Assembly (NCBI RefSeq): GCF_030684315.1
Contig: NC_081371.1
Coordinates: 12,469,441 to 12,533,440 of the forward strand
Direction: 5' to 3'
Source of the DNA: Stegostoma tigrinum
Lineage: Eukaryota
DNA: 64,000 nt
In this document: piece by piece, positions 47,553 through 61,049 of the stretch
Position numbering within the stretch: the stretch's first letter is position 1
Layout of the letters: every line of letters starts with the position of its first letter
Notes under the pieces: model-generated
What the model was told of the DNA's origin: nothing
What the model saw: only the letters and a program-made list of their open reading frames with translations
The model's database searches: none
Translations under genes and position numbers: made by a program

Positions 47553-50492
47553 TTTTTTTTGTTCATTTGTGGGATGTGGATGTCGCTGGCTGACCAGCAT
47601 TTATTGCCCCTCCCTAGTCCCCCTTGAGCAGGTGGTGCTGAGCTGCCTTCTTGAACCGTGGAAGTCCACCTGCTGTAGGTTGACTCACAATGCCATTAGG
47701 GAGGGAATTCCAGGATTTTGACCCAGCGATAGTGAAAGAATGGAAATACATTTCGAGGTTAAGATGGTGCATGCCTTGGAGGGGAACTTGGAGGTGGTCG
47801 TGTAACCACATGTCTGTTGCCTTTGTCCTTCTAGATGGAAGTAGTCGTGGATTTGGAAGGTGCTGTCTGAGGATCGTTGGTGAATTTCTGCAGTGTATCT
47901 TGTAGATAGTACACACTGCTGCTACTGAACATCGGTGGTGGAGGGAGTGGATGCTTGAAGATGTAGTGCCAATCAAGCGGCTGCTTTGTCTTGGATGGTG
48001 TCAAGCTTCTTGAGTTTTGTTGGTGCTGCACTCATCCAGGCAAGTGGAGAATATTCCATTGCACTCCTGACTTGTGCCTTGTAGATGGTGGAGAGGCTTT
48101 TAGGAGACAGGAGGTGAGTTAGTCACCGCAGTATTCCTACCTTGTGGCCTGTTCTTGTTGCCACTATGTTTATGTGGTGATCCAGTTGAGTCTCTGGTCA
48201 ATGATAACCTTCAGGATGTTGATAGTGAGGGATTCAGTGATGGTAACGTCAAGGGGTGATGGTTAGATTGTCTCTTATTGGTGATGGTCATAGCCTGGCA
48301 TTTGTGTGGCACTAATGTCACTTGCAACTTGTCACCCCAAGCCTGGATAGTGTCCAGATCTTGTTGCCCTTGAATGTGGATTGCCTCAATATATGAGGAG
48401 GCACAAATGGTGTTGAACATTGTGTAATCTTGGGTGAACATCCCCACTTCTGACCTCATGAAGGAGAAAGTCATTGATGATGCAGCTGAAGATGGTTGGA
48501 CCTAGGACACTATCCTGAGAAGCTTCTGCAGAGATGTCCTGGAGCGGAGATGATTGGCCTTCAACATCCACGACCATCTTCCTAGATGGTAGGTATGACT
48601 CCAACCACTGGAGAGTTTGTTCCCTGATACCCATTGATTCCAGTTTTGTTAGGGCTTCTTGATGCCACACTTGGTCAAATGCAGCCTTGATGTCAAGGGC
48701 TGTCGCTCTCACCTCACTTTTGGAATTCGGTTCTTTTGTCCATGTTTGAACCAAGGCTACATTGAGGTCAGGAGCTGAGTGGTCCTGGCAGAACCCAAAC
48801 TGGGCATCACTGAGCAAGTTATTGCTGAGTAGGTGCTACTTAGCAGCACTGATGATGATGCCTTCCATCACTTTACTGGTGATTGAGAATAGACTGATAG
48901 GGCAGTAATTGGCCAGGTTGGATTTGTCCTGCCTTTTATGTACAGGACATACTTGGGCAATTTTGCACATTGTTGGGTAGATACCAGTGTTGTAACTGTG
49001 GCTAAGGGAGCGGCAATTTCTGGAGCGCAAGGCTTCAGTACTATTGCTGGAATGTTGTCAGGCCCCGTAGCCTTTGCAGTATCCAGTGTCTCCAACCATT
49101 TCTTGATATCACGTGGAATGAATTGAACTGGGGCTAAAGACTGGTGTCTGTAATGCTGGGGACCGCTGAAGGAGGCCGAGATGGATCATCCACTCGGCAC
49201 TTCCGGCTGAAGATTGCTGCAAATGCTTCAGCCTTGTCTTTTGCACTGATGTGCTGGTCTCTTCCATCATTGAGGATAGGCATCAAAATTTTGGCAAAGA
49301 TCAAGAGCTCGGGTTGTGGATGAGGTTGTTGACTTGCTCGCCGAGCTGGCTTGTTCTCGTTTAGACTGTTTATCACCATGCTAGGTAACATCATCAGTGG
49401 AGCCTCCATTGAAGCAATGTCATTCTACTCTGTTTGGAATTTATACTATTTGGTCCATTATGGTGAGTAGTGTCATTTCCGGTTTTGATCCGTATGGGTT
49501 TGTATATGAGGTCCAATTCTATATATTTGTTGATTGCATTACGGATGGAGAACCATGCCTCTATGAATTCCTGTGTGTCTCTGTTTGGCTTGGGCTACAA
49601 TGCTTACATTGTCCCAGTTAAACTGATGGCCCTCATTGTCTGAGTGTACTGATATTAAGGAGAATTCGTCTTGCCGTTTTGCTGCTTACTGCTAACTGTA
49701 TAAATTCGAAGCAGAGTAGAATAACATTGCTTCATCAGAGGATCCACTGATGATGTCACCTAGCATGGTGACGATATGTCTGAGCGAGAACAAGCCAGCT
49801 TGGCGAGCATGTCAACAACCTGAGTGTGGGGATATTTGAGGAGCCTCCTCCTCCAGTGAGTTGCTTAGTTGTCCACCACCATTCACGACTGGATGTGGCA
49901 GGACTGCAGAGCTTAGATCTGATCTGTTGGTTGTGGGATCACTTAGTTCTGTCTATCACTTCCTTGTTTTGCTGTTTGGCATGCAAGTAGTCCTGTTTGG
50001 TGGCTTCACCAGATTGATGCCTCATCTTCAGGTATAGCTGGAGCTGCTCATGGCATGCCCTCCTGCATTCTCCATTGAACCAGGGTTGATCCCCTGGCTT
50101 GATGGTAATGGTTGATTGGGGGTATGCCAGGCCCTGACGTTACAGATTGTGCTGGAGTACAATTCTGCTGCTGTTAATGGTCCACAGCACCTCATGGATG
50201 CGCAGTCTTGAGTTGCTAGATCTGCGTGAAGTCTGCCCCATTTAGCACAGTGATAATGCTATGCAACATGATGGAGGTTATTCTCAATGTGAAGGCTTTG
50301 TGATGGTAAGGATGAGGTCAAGTATGTGTTTCCCTCTTGTTGGTTCCCTCACCACTGCCGCAGACTCAGCCTCGCAACAATGTCCTTTAGGAACCGACCA
50401 GCACAATCTGTAGTACTGCTGCTGAGCCACTCTTGGTGGTGGACTTTGAAATCCCCCACCCTGTGTCATTGCCATCCTCAGTGTTTCCTCCA
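47553..50492 (-). mobile_element. CR1-group non-LTR retrotransposon (APE + RT), 5'-truncated
   Basis: RT motifs in minus-strand ORFs (KATGPDNIP, NYCPISL, QFGF, ALDIKAAFDQVWH, QDSVLGPTIF..IND), APE tail VREPTRGKHILDLILT, and an A-rich 3' end at 47553. Confidence 0.9.
49290..49821. mobile_element. PLE-derived insertion with inverted terminal repeats, nested in the LINE
   Basis: 49324-49430 and 49713-49820 are reverse complements. Same family as 25175-25492. The interior has a GIY-YIG C-terminal remnant (EFIEAWFS on the minus strand). Hammerhead with mutated GAAA at 49747-49780. Confidence 0.85.
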
Positions 50493-51146
50493 AGTCCTTA
50501 GCCCACAACTCCATTCGGGAAGTGACAGGTGCCATTTTTACTTAAACTAATACCACCCCTGTGAAAAGAAACCAGTGGAATTTTCCAGATGAAGGGCAGT
50601 ATAGATCACATTACTCTGGAATGTTGTACAGCACCCACATTACATTGGGAGGCTCAACCTGCAGGATTCATCAATCAAAAAACCTTCAATCCATCAGATC
50701 AGCTTATCTCAACATTGTGCCAAATTCTGGAGGAGAGCTCCAGGTACCCTAAGAACTGCCATGATGTTTAAATTCTGGAGAATGAATAGGTTCCTGTCTT
50801 CTTCCAAGGTGCTTGGGCCTTTCAGGGACAGCTGCCTGGAGACAAACCTGCTTTCCAAGAGGAATGAAGTGCTTTTGGAATTCCTTTCATCGTGTTGCGT
50901 TCTGTTGGCTATATGGCAACCAGCTCTTGGCCAGGCCAGAATAAACATGGCTTTGGTTATTTTTGCATCTCTTGAACATTTCTGATGATGAATCCATATG
51001 TCTGTACTTATTCATAAAGTAACTGCACTTTACAGATCTGTCTTACCATTTGGGAGACAGTAGCAGTCAGCGAAATGAGGAATATCATAGAATAGTGTTG
51101 AAGCTAGGTGGCCTTTAAGGCTTTAGCCAGCATATGATGTCAGAGT

Positions 51147-51231
51147 TAACAAAGTGTGGAGCTGGATGAACACAGCAGGCCAAGCAGCATCTTAGGAGCA
51201 CAACAGCTGACGTTTCAGGCCTAAACCCTTC
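51147..51231 (-). mobile_element. PLE terminal-repeat fragment
   Basis: Matches 22030-22120. 10-bp TSD ATGTCAGAGT at 51137-51146 and 51232-51241. Confidence 0.8.
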
Positions 51232-51711
51232 ATGTCAGAGTGTTGAACAGTGCAGCCTCTCATGATTGGCAGCAGGCCATGAGCAATCTTGAGTCACATG
51301 GTTTACACACCTCTAATGTTTCAGTGTCTGAGTACACTGACAAATTGCCCTGAAGTACTGGAGCATCCTGTAGATCTGCCTTGTGCTGTTTCCCTTAGAA
51401 TGAGGTTGAGCTTTGAGGGAGGGTGGAGATGTGAACTTTCTATTGACTACCTCCCAGCCTCAACTAGCAAGGTGCTCCATTGTAAAAGTGAATGATAGAA
51501 TGCGACGTTGCTTTGCTAAGTTGCGTGGAATCATCACAGATTCTGTCTTCTCACTCAGAAAGTAGGTCTAAGTGCCAATGACCTGTACAGACTAGGGTTT
51601 TGAGGATCTGTGAAATCTGAGACTATCTGCTGTGAAGGAGTTTGTAGAATGTGAGAGCTTTTTAACATTTGGTCATTACAAGCTACTTTCATCCTTGGGA
51701 TGTCTGAGCTA

Positions 51712-52050
51712 CTCATCTGTCAAATGCCTCAGTATCTGAGGAATCTTGCATGGTGCGGAACGTTGTGCAATTATCGGCAAACATTCCCACTTCAGACCTT
51801 ATGATGGAGGGAAGGTCATTGACGAAGCAGCTGAAGATGGTTGGGCCTTGGACAAGACACTGAGGAACTCCTGCAGAGATATCCTGGAGTTGAGATGACT
51901 GACCTCCAGCAACCACAATCATCTTCCTACACACCATGTAAGATTCCAAACAATGGAGAATTTTCCCCCGATATCCATCGTTTCCAGTTTTTCTCGGACT
52001 CCTTAATGCCACACATGAGCAAATGAGACCTTGATGCCAAAGACAGTCGT
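51712..52050 (-). mobile_element. RT fragment of the same CR1-group LINE
   Basis: GQSSQLQDISAGVPQCLVQGPTIFSCFVNDLPSIIRSEVGMFADNCT. Confidence 0.85.
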
Positions 52051-52814
52051 AGTCAGACTTTGCAGCCATTTGGTGCCCAGCATTAATGGCAATGACAGAG
52101 TGAAGGTCCTTGCACGTATCTGACAGTGACAGTGTGCTGGATATCGATCTCCAGAAGCCAATCAGCAGTCAGATGCATCCATGACAGAGCAAGCATGTAA
52201 CTAAGAACGTTGGGAAACTCCTCCATCCTTCAGCCTAGTTTATTGATTGCCTCTAACAAACCCAATTGCTGTTCCTGTGTTTCTCTGTGCTTTTTGTCAA
52301 AGTCACTAATGGCTAAATCCATGGAATAGTTGTCTGCCTGAGGCTGAGGAGGTGCCTGATCTCTGGCAGTCCCCATGTTACCAGCCCAACTGGCTTTGAA
52401 GAAGTGCTAGTGATGCTGTCACCAGATTGTGTTCCTGAATCTCATCTAGAAAGACGTGTTCTGGAGGACAGGGTGCAGCTCAGAGCCTTGTTGGTGTATT
52501 TTCTGAGAGTTCACTGCCTTCCTGCACAGAGGTGGTTATTGAGGTGAGTGTAGGAAGTGGTGGCCTCCTTCTAATTTTAGTTTGCTGGGCTCTACAAGTA
52601 CCTGCATAAGAGTAGGGAGAGAATTAACTGTGAGAAAGGGAAAAATCTTGTATGGAATGAGAATGAGTTAGTGAGAGCATTAAATGGAGAGTACTGCACG
52701 CAAGATCTCACAGTGAAGCTCATATCATCGGTTGCTCATGGAGATCTCACCAAGACCCCAGGTCTCATGTTCTCGCACGAGCGATTATCATCTTCTCCAG
52801 CCAACTGCAGCATT

Positions 52815-53192
52815 AGGGGTGGCACAGTGGCTGGAATGGTACAATAGCTCATTAGTTGGCACTGATGACTCACGGCACCATGGACCTGAGTTCAATTCCA
52901 GCTCAGATGACTGTCTGTGTGGAGTTTGCACATTTTCTCTGGGTCTGTATGGGTTTCCTCCAGGTGCTCCGGTTTTCCCTCACAGTCCAAAGATGTGCAG
53001 ATTAGACAGATTGACCATGAGAAATTGCTCATAGTGTTCAGGGATGTGTAGGTTAGGTGGACTAGCCTTGGGAAATGCACAAGTGCAGGGATAGGGTAGG
53101 GGTGTAGTTCTGGGTGGGATTCTCTTCAGACAGCCGGTTTGAACTTGATGGGCTGAATGGTCTGCTTCCACAGTACAGGGATTCTATGATTT
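52815..53192 (+). mobile_element. HE1-type V-SINE
   Basis: V-domain GTGTGGAGTTTGCACATTTTCTCTGGGTCTGTATGGGTTTCCTCCAGGTGCTCCGG and tail GGGATTCTATGATT. Confidence 0.85.
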
Positions 53193-53544
53193 CTACTCAT
53201 ACAGTCTAAGAAGATTTTTGGTTGCCATCCTGCTGCTGGTCTTGGCCCTCTCACCCCCAGTTCAGAGAGACTTTGTCCTACAATTTTTCAATGTGGAGGA
53301 CTGAGTGTGGTGCAAGTGGATGGGAGCGCCATTAATGGTGATGCAGGAGCAGGAGAGGTAATGAGGTGTCTCCAGTGAGTGAATGAGACATGCAGGGGGC
53401 AGGGAGGATGAGGAGTTTGGGTGTATGAGGTGTGTGAGCAGAGCTGTTGAGTGAACATGTAATGACAAGAGTTGTAGTTGGTGGCAGAATTAGAATGAGT
53501 GGTGGCCCTGTGAATACAACTGCAGCTGATAGAAAATACTATTA

Positions 53545-53770
53545 CAGAACAAGAAGGTCTTTAACTTTCTTTCAGCACTGCAGGGCATCATCATTGGCCC
53601 TCGAGACAGCATTTACCCAGCAACATACCAAGTCCCAACAGTGGTCAGTACTTTCATTCTCCCACACTACAATTAGGTGAGTCTGAAACCGTAGAGGCTG
53701 GCTACACAACCAATAAGCTGTAAGGTGGAAGATTTCATGAGAGACCTTGACATGGGCCATGGACGACAGT
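53545..53770 (-). pseudogene. Myb/SANT-like DNA-binding ORF remnant of a Harbinger element
   Basis: TDHCWDLVCCWVNAVSRANDDALQC*KKVKDLL fits the W..IA..VN....R...QC.KK..DL pattern. Convergent with the transposase at 47440-50880. Confidence 0.6.
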
Positions 53771-54239
53771 CACCAGGAATCTCACCGAGAAAAACACATT
53801 GCCAAAAATTGGGGAAATTCGGCCCAATGTCTTCAGTACTGCCACCAACTCCATTTCCAAGCTCTCAACTCTATCACTCTCCTGAGCTGCTGTCTGGGCT
53901 GAAGTCAGACCACTCACAATGTTGGCACACTATCTGGCTCTGAACTGAACTTCATCCATGTTATCTCTTATCCGGATAATTTCAATTCTTCCTTGTCCAT
54001 TCTACGACCTTGCACTGCCTATAAACTTAGAGTAATCAAAAATGCTTCATCACAAAAATGCAGTGTGATTTACTGTCAATTTGTGTACTGAATTTGGAAA
54101 ATTATTATTAAGGACAGAGAAAGTGAAAATTTGTCAGTTCCTAGTTTGGAAGCCAGTGCTATTGAATTGTTTATTAAACTTTCTATTAAACTAAGAGTCA
54201 GTAGTTCAAAATAATATGGGGCCAGCCCAACTCAGCAGA

Positions 54240-55105
54240 AACAAAGAACATTCACACCGTTCTCTACGTGACCCCCTGTTCCACTCCACAATCACTCCAA
54301 ACACTTCCTGACTCCCCTAATGTATGATCTGAGGCTCTTGTAGAAGATATAACTCTTGCCCATTCACCTTTACCTCCTTGATAACAAAGTGTGAAGCTGG
54401 ATGCACACAGCAGACCAAGCAGCATCTCAGGAGCACAAAAGCTGACGTTTCGGGCATAGACCCTTACCTCCTCACTGTCCAAAGCTTGGAATATATGTTC
54501 CAGGTGAAGCATTATTTTTCCTGTATTTCTTTCAATTAAGTCTATTGCATTCACTGTTAACAATGCCTACGCTTTATTTGGTGAGACTAAATGCAGTGTG
54601 AGTGACTGCTTTTTGGAATGACACCGCTATGAGCCTAGGAATGACCCTGACCTGCCAGTTGCTTGCTAGTTCAATAAACCACCTGTCTCTCATTGTAAAA
54701 TTTCTGTCCTGGGCCTACCGTGCTGTTCCAATGAAGCACAATACAAGCTTGAGGAACAACACCTAATTTTCCATTTAAGTCTTAATATTGAACTCAATAC
54801 CTTCAGAAGCTGCTTGCAATCTGATCTCACTGCCTTTCCTCTGGCTCTCCCAAAAGTATATAAAAAACATTTTCCTATACCTTGCAGTTCTGAAGAAGAT
54901 TCACCTAGACTCGAAACATTAAGCTTGTTGTCTCTTCATGGATGCTGCTTGATCCACTGTGATCTCCAGCATTTTTTGTTTTCAACACTGAAGAAGAGTC
55001 ATCGCAGACTCAAAATATTAACTCTGTTTCACACCCCGCAGATGCTGCCAGATCTGAGGAGTTTCCCCAGCATTGCGTATTTTAGATTTCACAGTATTCT
55101 GCTTT
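54240..55105 (+). mobile_element. older decayed PLE 3' region (GIY-YIG remnant, tandem terminal repeats) with a nested young PLE repeat at ~54380-54463
   Basis: TATTTGGTGAGACTAAATGCAG (GETK), CTTGAGGAACAACACCTAATTTTCCATTTA (LEEQHLIFHL), and hammerhead-like repeats at ~54890 and ~54988. Confidence 0.65.
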
Positions 55106-55764
55106 TATTATTGTGTAAATGCACCCCAGTTTGAGTTCTCTGATCAATTCAAAGGGCTATCGAGGGCCCGTGTGTTCCGAGTTAAGGGAAGACAAAACCA
55201 AAAGACTCTAGCCCACTTCCCATCCTGTTTCTAATAATTCCAGTATCCCCAACTGAATATGTGTAAATGTTGGATGAGAACAGTATCAGACTTGGCTATG
55301 AATGCTCATGCACTGAGTTATTTGCAGACATTGATTACCAAAGTTTACATTTTGGATATGATTACTTGGACAAGTGCTCAAACACCAGGTTGCCCTAATG
55401 CAATGCCCCAAGGCAAGGATATAATGTTCCATATTGATAGATGAATGAGAAGATCCTGCTCTACCATTTCATAAGTTTGTAGGTGAATTGACTGTGGCTT
55501 CAATTCTGTGTTGTACCTATCCCCATACTCTTGATTCCCTTGTCAATTGAGAATCTAACCAACTCAATCAGCAAAGAAGTAAGGAACTTTTGCATGACAG
55601 AAAAACCTTTTTATAATATCCTGCATAATAAGCAACTGTATTGTAGTCATTTTCTTGGCCTCAGTTCAGCATATGAAGCCAAAGCTCAGAATAAGTTTTA
55701 ATTTAAACCAAATAATCTTCTAAACTGACAAAGTGATAAAGAACCTCAGTCCTCAGTAAAGGGG

Positions 55765-58280
55765 TCACCTTTGTCCCCCTTCACCCACACATCAATGTAT
55801 ACCGGTCATGCTGGGATGTTGACCAGTTTTTCCGCCGCCTCCGCCTCCGCACTTACTTCTTTAATGGTGAACCTAACCCTCCCTCCACTGACCCCTTCTC
55901 CCACCTCTAACACACTCCCACCTCCTGGACAGCACCAAAAGGTCTCCTGCTCTCTCTCGACCTCTTCATCTCCGACTGCCATGGAGACATCAATCGCCTC
56001 ACCCTCTCCACCCCTCTCACCCACTCCAACCTCTCCCCCGCAGAACATGCAGCCCTCTGCTCCAATCCCAATCTCACCATAAAACCCACAGACAAGGGAA
56101 GCGCAGTTGTAGTAAGGTGCACTGACCTCTACATCGCCGAGGCCAAAAGCCAGCTCTCTGATACCTCCTCCTACCGCCCCCTTGATCATGACCCCATCCC
56201 TGAACACCAAACCATCATCTCCCAAACCATCCACAACCTCATCATTTTAGGAATGACCTTCCACCCACAGCCTCCAACCTCATCGTTCCCCAACCCTGCA
56301 CTGCCCACTTCTGTCTTCCTCCCAAATTCCACAAACCTGACTACCCTGGTCAACTCATTGTCTCCACCTGCTCGTGCCCCACCGAACCTATCTCCACCTA
56401 TCTGGACTCCATTTTCTCCCCCTTAGTCCAGAAACTCCAATGATACCACCCACGCCCTCCACCTCCTCCAGAACTTCCAATTCCCCGGTCCCCAACACCT
56501 CATCTTTACCAGGGACATCCAGTCCCTATACACCTGCATTTCCCATATAGATGGCCTAAAGGCCCTCGCTTCTTCTTGTCCCACAGGCCCGACCAGTTCC
56601 CCTCCACTGACACCCTCATCCGCTTAACCAAACTTGCCCTCACCCTCAACAACTTCTCTTTCAATTCCTCCCACTTCCTACAGACAAAGGAGTTGGCCAT
56701 GGGTAACCGCATGGCCCAAGCTATGCCTGCCTCTTTGTAGGTTATGTGGAACAATCCCTCTTCTGTACCTACACTGGCCCTAAAGCCCACCTCTTCCTCC
56801 GTTACATTGATGATTGTATCACGCCACCTCATGCTCCCACAAGGAGCTTGAACAGTTCATCCACTTTACCAACACCTTCCATACCAACCTCAGGTTCACC
56901 TGGACGATCTCCAACACATCCCTCACCCTCCTGGACCTCTCTGACTTCATCTCCGGTGACCACCTCGAAACCGATATCCATTTCAAGCCAACAGACTCCC
57001 ACAGCTACCGAGAATACACCTCCTCCCACCTACCTTCCTGCAAAAATGTCATCCCCTATTCCCAATTCCTTTGTCTCCACCGCATCTGGCCCCAGATCAA
57101 GCATTCCACTCCCGTATATCTCAGATGTCCTCGTTTTTCAAGGACTGCAACATCCCCCCCTTAGGAGTCGACAACTCCCTCGACCGTGTCTCCCGCATTT
57201 CCCGCAACTCATCCGTCACACCCCCTCCCGGCAATAAAAAGAACTAAAAACAGAATCCCCCTCATTCTCACGTACCACCCCACCAACCTCCGGATCCAAC
57301 GCATCATCCTTTGACATTTCCACCATCTGCAATCCAACCCCACCACCAAAGGCATTTTCCCTCCCCACCCTTATCTGCTTTCTGGAGGGACCACTCTCTC
57401 TGTGACTCCTTTGTCCGCTTCACACTCCCTTCCGGCCCCACCACCCCTGGCACTTTTCCCTGCGCCCGCAGGAAGTTCTACACCTGCCCCTACACCTCCC
57501 CCTCATCCCCCAGTGCAGGCCCAAGAAGACTTTCCACATCAAGCAGATGTTCACCTGCACATCTTGCTAATGTAGTATACAGTATCGGCAGTTCCCGTTG
57601 TGGCCTCCTCTACATCGGGGAAACCAAACGGAGGCTTGGGGACCACTTCACAGAACACCTACGCTCAGTTCGCATGAAGCAACTGTACCTCCCAGTCGCG
57701 AACCTTTTCAACTCCCCCTCCCACTCTGCAGACGACATATCCATCCTGGGCCTCCTGCAGTGCCACAGCGATGCAACCAAAGGTTGCAGGAACAGCAACT
57801 CATATTCCACTTGGGAACCCTGCACCCTAAAGGTATCAACGTGGATTTTGCCAGCTTCAAAATCTCCCCTCCCCCTACTGCATCCCAAAACCAGCCCAGT
57901 TCGCCCCCTCCTCCCTAATCTGTCCTTCCACCTAACCCATCCTCCTACCTCAAGCCCCGTCCCCATCTCCTACCTATTATCCTCATCCCGCCCCCTTGAC
58001 CCGGCCGTCCTCCCTGGACTGTCCTATCTCCTCCCTACCTCCCCACCTTCACTCACCTTTACTGGCTCCAACCCTGCCTCTTTGACTGGTCTGTCTCCTC
58101 TCCACCTCTCTTCTCCTCTATCCATCTTCTATCCATCTCCCCCTCTCTCCATATTTATTTCAGAACCTCCTCCCTCTCCCCAATTTCTGAAGAAGGGTCC
58201 AGGTCCGAAACGTCAACTTTCCTGCTCCAATGATGCTGCTTGGCCTGCTGTGTTCATTTAGCTCTACACCTTGTTATCTC
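55765..58280 (+). mobile_element. near full-length Penelope-like element (RT + GIY-YIG), frameshifted
   Basis: IKPTDKG, LPKFHKP, QSLYTCI, FLQTKELAMG, FLRYIDDC, SYREYTSSH, LYIGETKRRLGDHFTEH. The 3' terminal repeat has a hammerhead core at 58187-58214. Confidence 0.93.
58187..58214 (+). ncRNA. minimal hammerhead ribozyme motif in PLE terminal repeat
   Basis: CTGAAGA A GGGTCC AGGTCC GAAAC GTC: core and GUC triplet intact, stems short and imperfect. Confidence 0.55.
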
Positions 58281-58562
58281 CGTTTAAGATCATCATTGAC
58301 TTCAAAGCATTACGGATCTGGGATCTTTCTGCTTCTTGTGTTGTAGTTCACAATTGTTGGCCATTCAGATGAAGTTCTCATTAGACTAGTTTGAAATTGT
58401 TTTATATTTTCCATCCAAAACCTTTGGAACAACAGCAGAAGCGTGCAATATTATTTTACAGTTGGTATAATCCCTAAAATCAATGAACATTTGTACTGTA
58501 TAAATTGATTTGTATCAATAAGTGAACTCTTGAGAGATAAGCCAGTTCTTAAGTCAACAAAA

Positions 58563-59190
58563 ACTGCAACAATTTGCATTTATAGCTTTTTACATTGGAA
58601 CATGTAGAAAGATGTTGCAATGCATTTCTCAGAAGCGAGTCAGATAAAAATGCTGAGCATAGAAGGTATTATTAGGAGTCATGGCTAAAAGCTTGCTGTA
58701 AGAAACTGAATTTAATGGAGCACTTTAAAGAATGAGAGAGAAATTGAGAAGGCAGAGAGACTTAGGAAAGCAATTTTAAAGTTTAAGGCCTATGTAACTG
58801 AAGGCACCGATCGTAGGGCAAAAGGAGGAGGGAGGTCTAAGAATTAGAGTGGTAGGAATCACAAAGTTGTAGCATTTATTACAAAGAAGGAGGGATGAGG
58901 CCATGAGAACATTTAAACATAAAGATGAGTATCTTAAAGCTAAATGGGAGCCAATGTAGACGAATAAGCACAGGAATGATGTGTGATTGGGTCTGGTTGC
59001 AGAGGACATGTCAGCAGAGATGATGTGAACTTAAATCTTTTTTGAGAGAGTAGAAGATGGAAATTTGAACAAAGCATGCTTGAGAACTTCAGCAACAGAT
59101 GGGCTGAGGCAGCATTAAAGGAAGGTATATATCAGAGATTAGATCAGATGGTCTTTGCAATGGACACAGTATAGAGCCTGGGGAGAGGGA
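58563..59190 (-). mobile_element. decayed L2-type LINE 3' end
   Basis: CAACAATTTGCATTTATAGC tail and GAGAAGGCAGAGAGACTTAGGAAAGCAATTTTAAAGTTTAAGGCCTA (reverse frame GAFSYIGLKL*N), typical of L2 C-termini. Confidence 0.6.
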
Positions 59191-61049
59191 TAAAATTATG
59201 GTATAAAGATATTCGTGGTAGGGTCTGAAGATGTCACTTTTCAATTTGAATAAAACACTTTTTCCCTTCCTTAGTTTTCCTGAGAAGAAGGGGGACTTTC
59301 CTCTTGGACCTCAACACTCTCTCTGAAATTAAAGACATTTATGTTACTGTTTGACGCAATAGACCACTTCAGGCAAACATACCAAATGCCTTCTTCACTG
59401 TCCTGTCTACCTGAGACTCCCCTTTCAAGGAACTGTGTACCCGTTCTCTATGGTCTCTTTGGAGGTACAGTAGGAGGTAAGGTTGGAAGGGGGTTTGGGA
59501 AGATGAATGAGGCAAAAATATGTTTGAGATATGATCAAGATCACTTAAACTTTGTGGCCTTCACCCCAGTAAGCTCATGGACTGAATGTATATATATGTT
59601 CCTGCTTCATTACAATAAATACTTTCTAATTCTTGGTTGATAATTATGTCACTTTTCCATCACCAACTATTAAGTGGCAGAATTCAACACCCCAATGTAG
59701 TATGAAAACTTTGTTTAACATACATTTGGATGAGGAGAAATACTTCAAAGCTCACTACGGAGGCATAACATTGACTAGGAAATCTCATGTCACACTGTGT
59801 GAAGGCATAACATGAAGTTTCATTGTGATGGATATGAGGCTCAGGAGTTCCTTCCAGAAAATCCATTTATCTTTCTGACATTCCATGCAGATTATCTGCT
59901 CAGTATAGACATCGCTGTGTCTAGAGTCAATGTGAACTTAGTACTACTCAATGGTAATGTAGATAGAGACAGCATATACAACTTCAGCAGCAAGCTCAGC
60001 AAGGGCAGCAACCTGCAATGCCCTCCAGAAGGAGAAACAGTTGGTAAAAATCCATCAAGGAGTTAGAAGAGAATGACGAGAATGATGGATCTATAGGCCT
60101 CATTGTCATTTTCGTCAACTCGCTGAAGACTGTGCAGGCACTGATTAAGGATGCCCTGCATCGTCATTGAACTCCGTCATCTGTTGGAGGAGACCTGTGC
60201 TCGATGATAGCCCCACCAAATGTGTGTCAAAACTGCTGTGATATTTTAAGTCTCTGGATTGTTTCAAGGAGCAACTGGATGACTGCGTAGCATCTATCAA
60301 TCCTCAACCCATAAATGCATCCAGGATGTCACCGATGCCATTTTCTTCAGATCGCCTATCTTCATATAACTCAACCTGATGAGGAGAGCTGAGCAGCTCG
60401 GCCGGTGGGATTTACCACCATCACTGGTGTTCTCCGAGTGTAGGACCCTTTAGATTTCACCCTCCTCTTTTGATTTGACTGCACCACATCAACAGCAAAG
60501 TTTTCCACATCATCAACATTCAATTTAAGTGTGACCATCATTGTGTAAAATTTTATTGGTAATCTGGCAAATAGAGTGCTAGTGAAGATATTTTCTCAAA
60601 AGTTGCTTGGTTGGCCATTAAGCTTTCCTCTGGCCCCACATTAACAGTTGCACTCTTGAAGGCTCCCTTTGCAAAGAGTGAGAAACCTATATTGCACCCC
60701 CTTAAAACTGCCATCTTAATTCTCCTGACCTGGTTGTGATCCAATTTCTCTTGCAGTGAGTGCAAGAGGGGGATTGACTGGTGGAAGGAGATGGGAAAGG
60801 CATTAGGAGTGATGCAGTAGCAGGAGTGATGGTGAGGTGACCATAATGTGAGAGTAGGAAGCACAGAGGGAAGGAAGGGTTAATAGCATGGATGGGTAAG
60901 GTAGCTGAGAGAATTTGAGTGGATACATGAAATAGCAAGAGTTATTGTCCATCAGCCTCAGTTGATTTGTGTACTGTGGCAGAGTTAGATGCAGCAGTGG
61001 TGACCATACAACTGTGAGGCAGCAGGGAAAATATTTCCCTTAGAGACAC

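Larger units (their letters stand above)
47440..50880 (+). pseudogene. Harbinger (HARBI1-like, DDE_Tnp_4) transposase fossil split by a LINE
   Basis: Before the LINE: ILVPIKVTSALNFYANFSFQRSTRDLHGI. After it: AHNSIREVTGAIF, KGSIDH, FINQKTF, RYPKNCHDV, GQLPGDK. These motifs are colinear with HARBI1. Confidence 0.8.
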
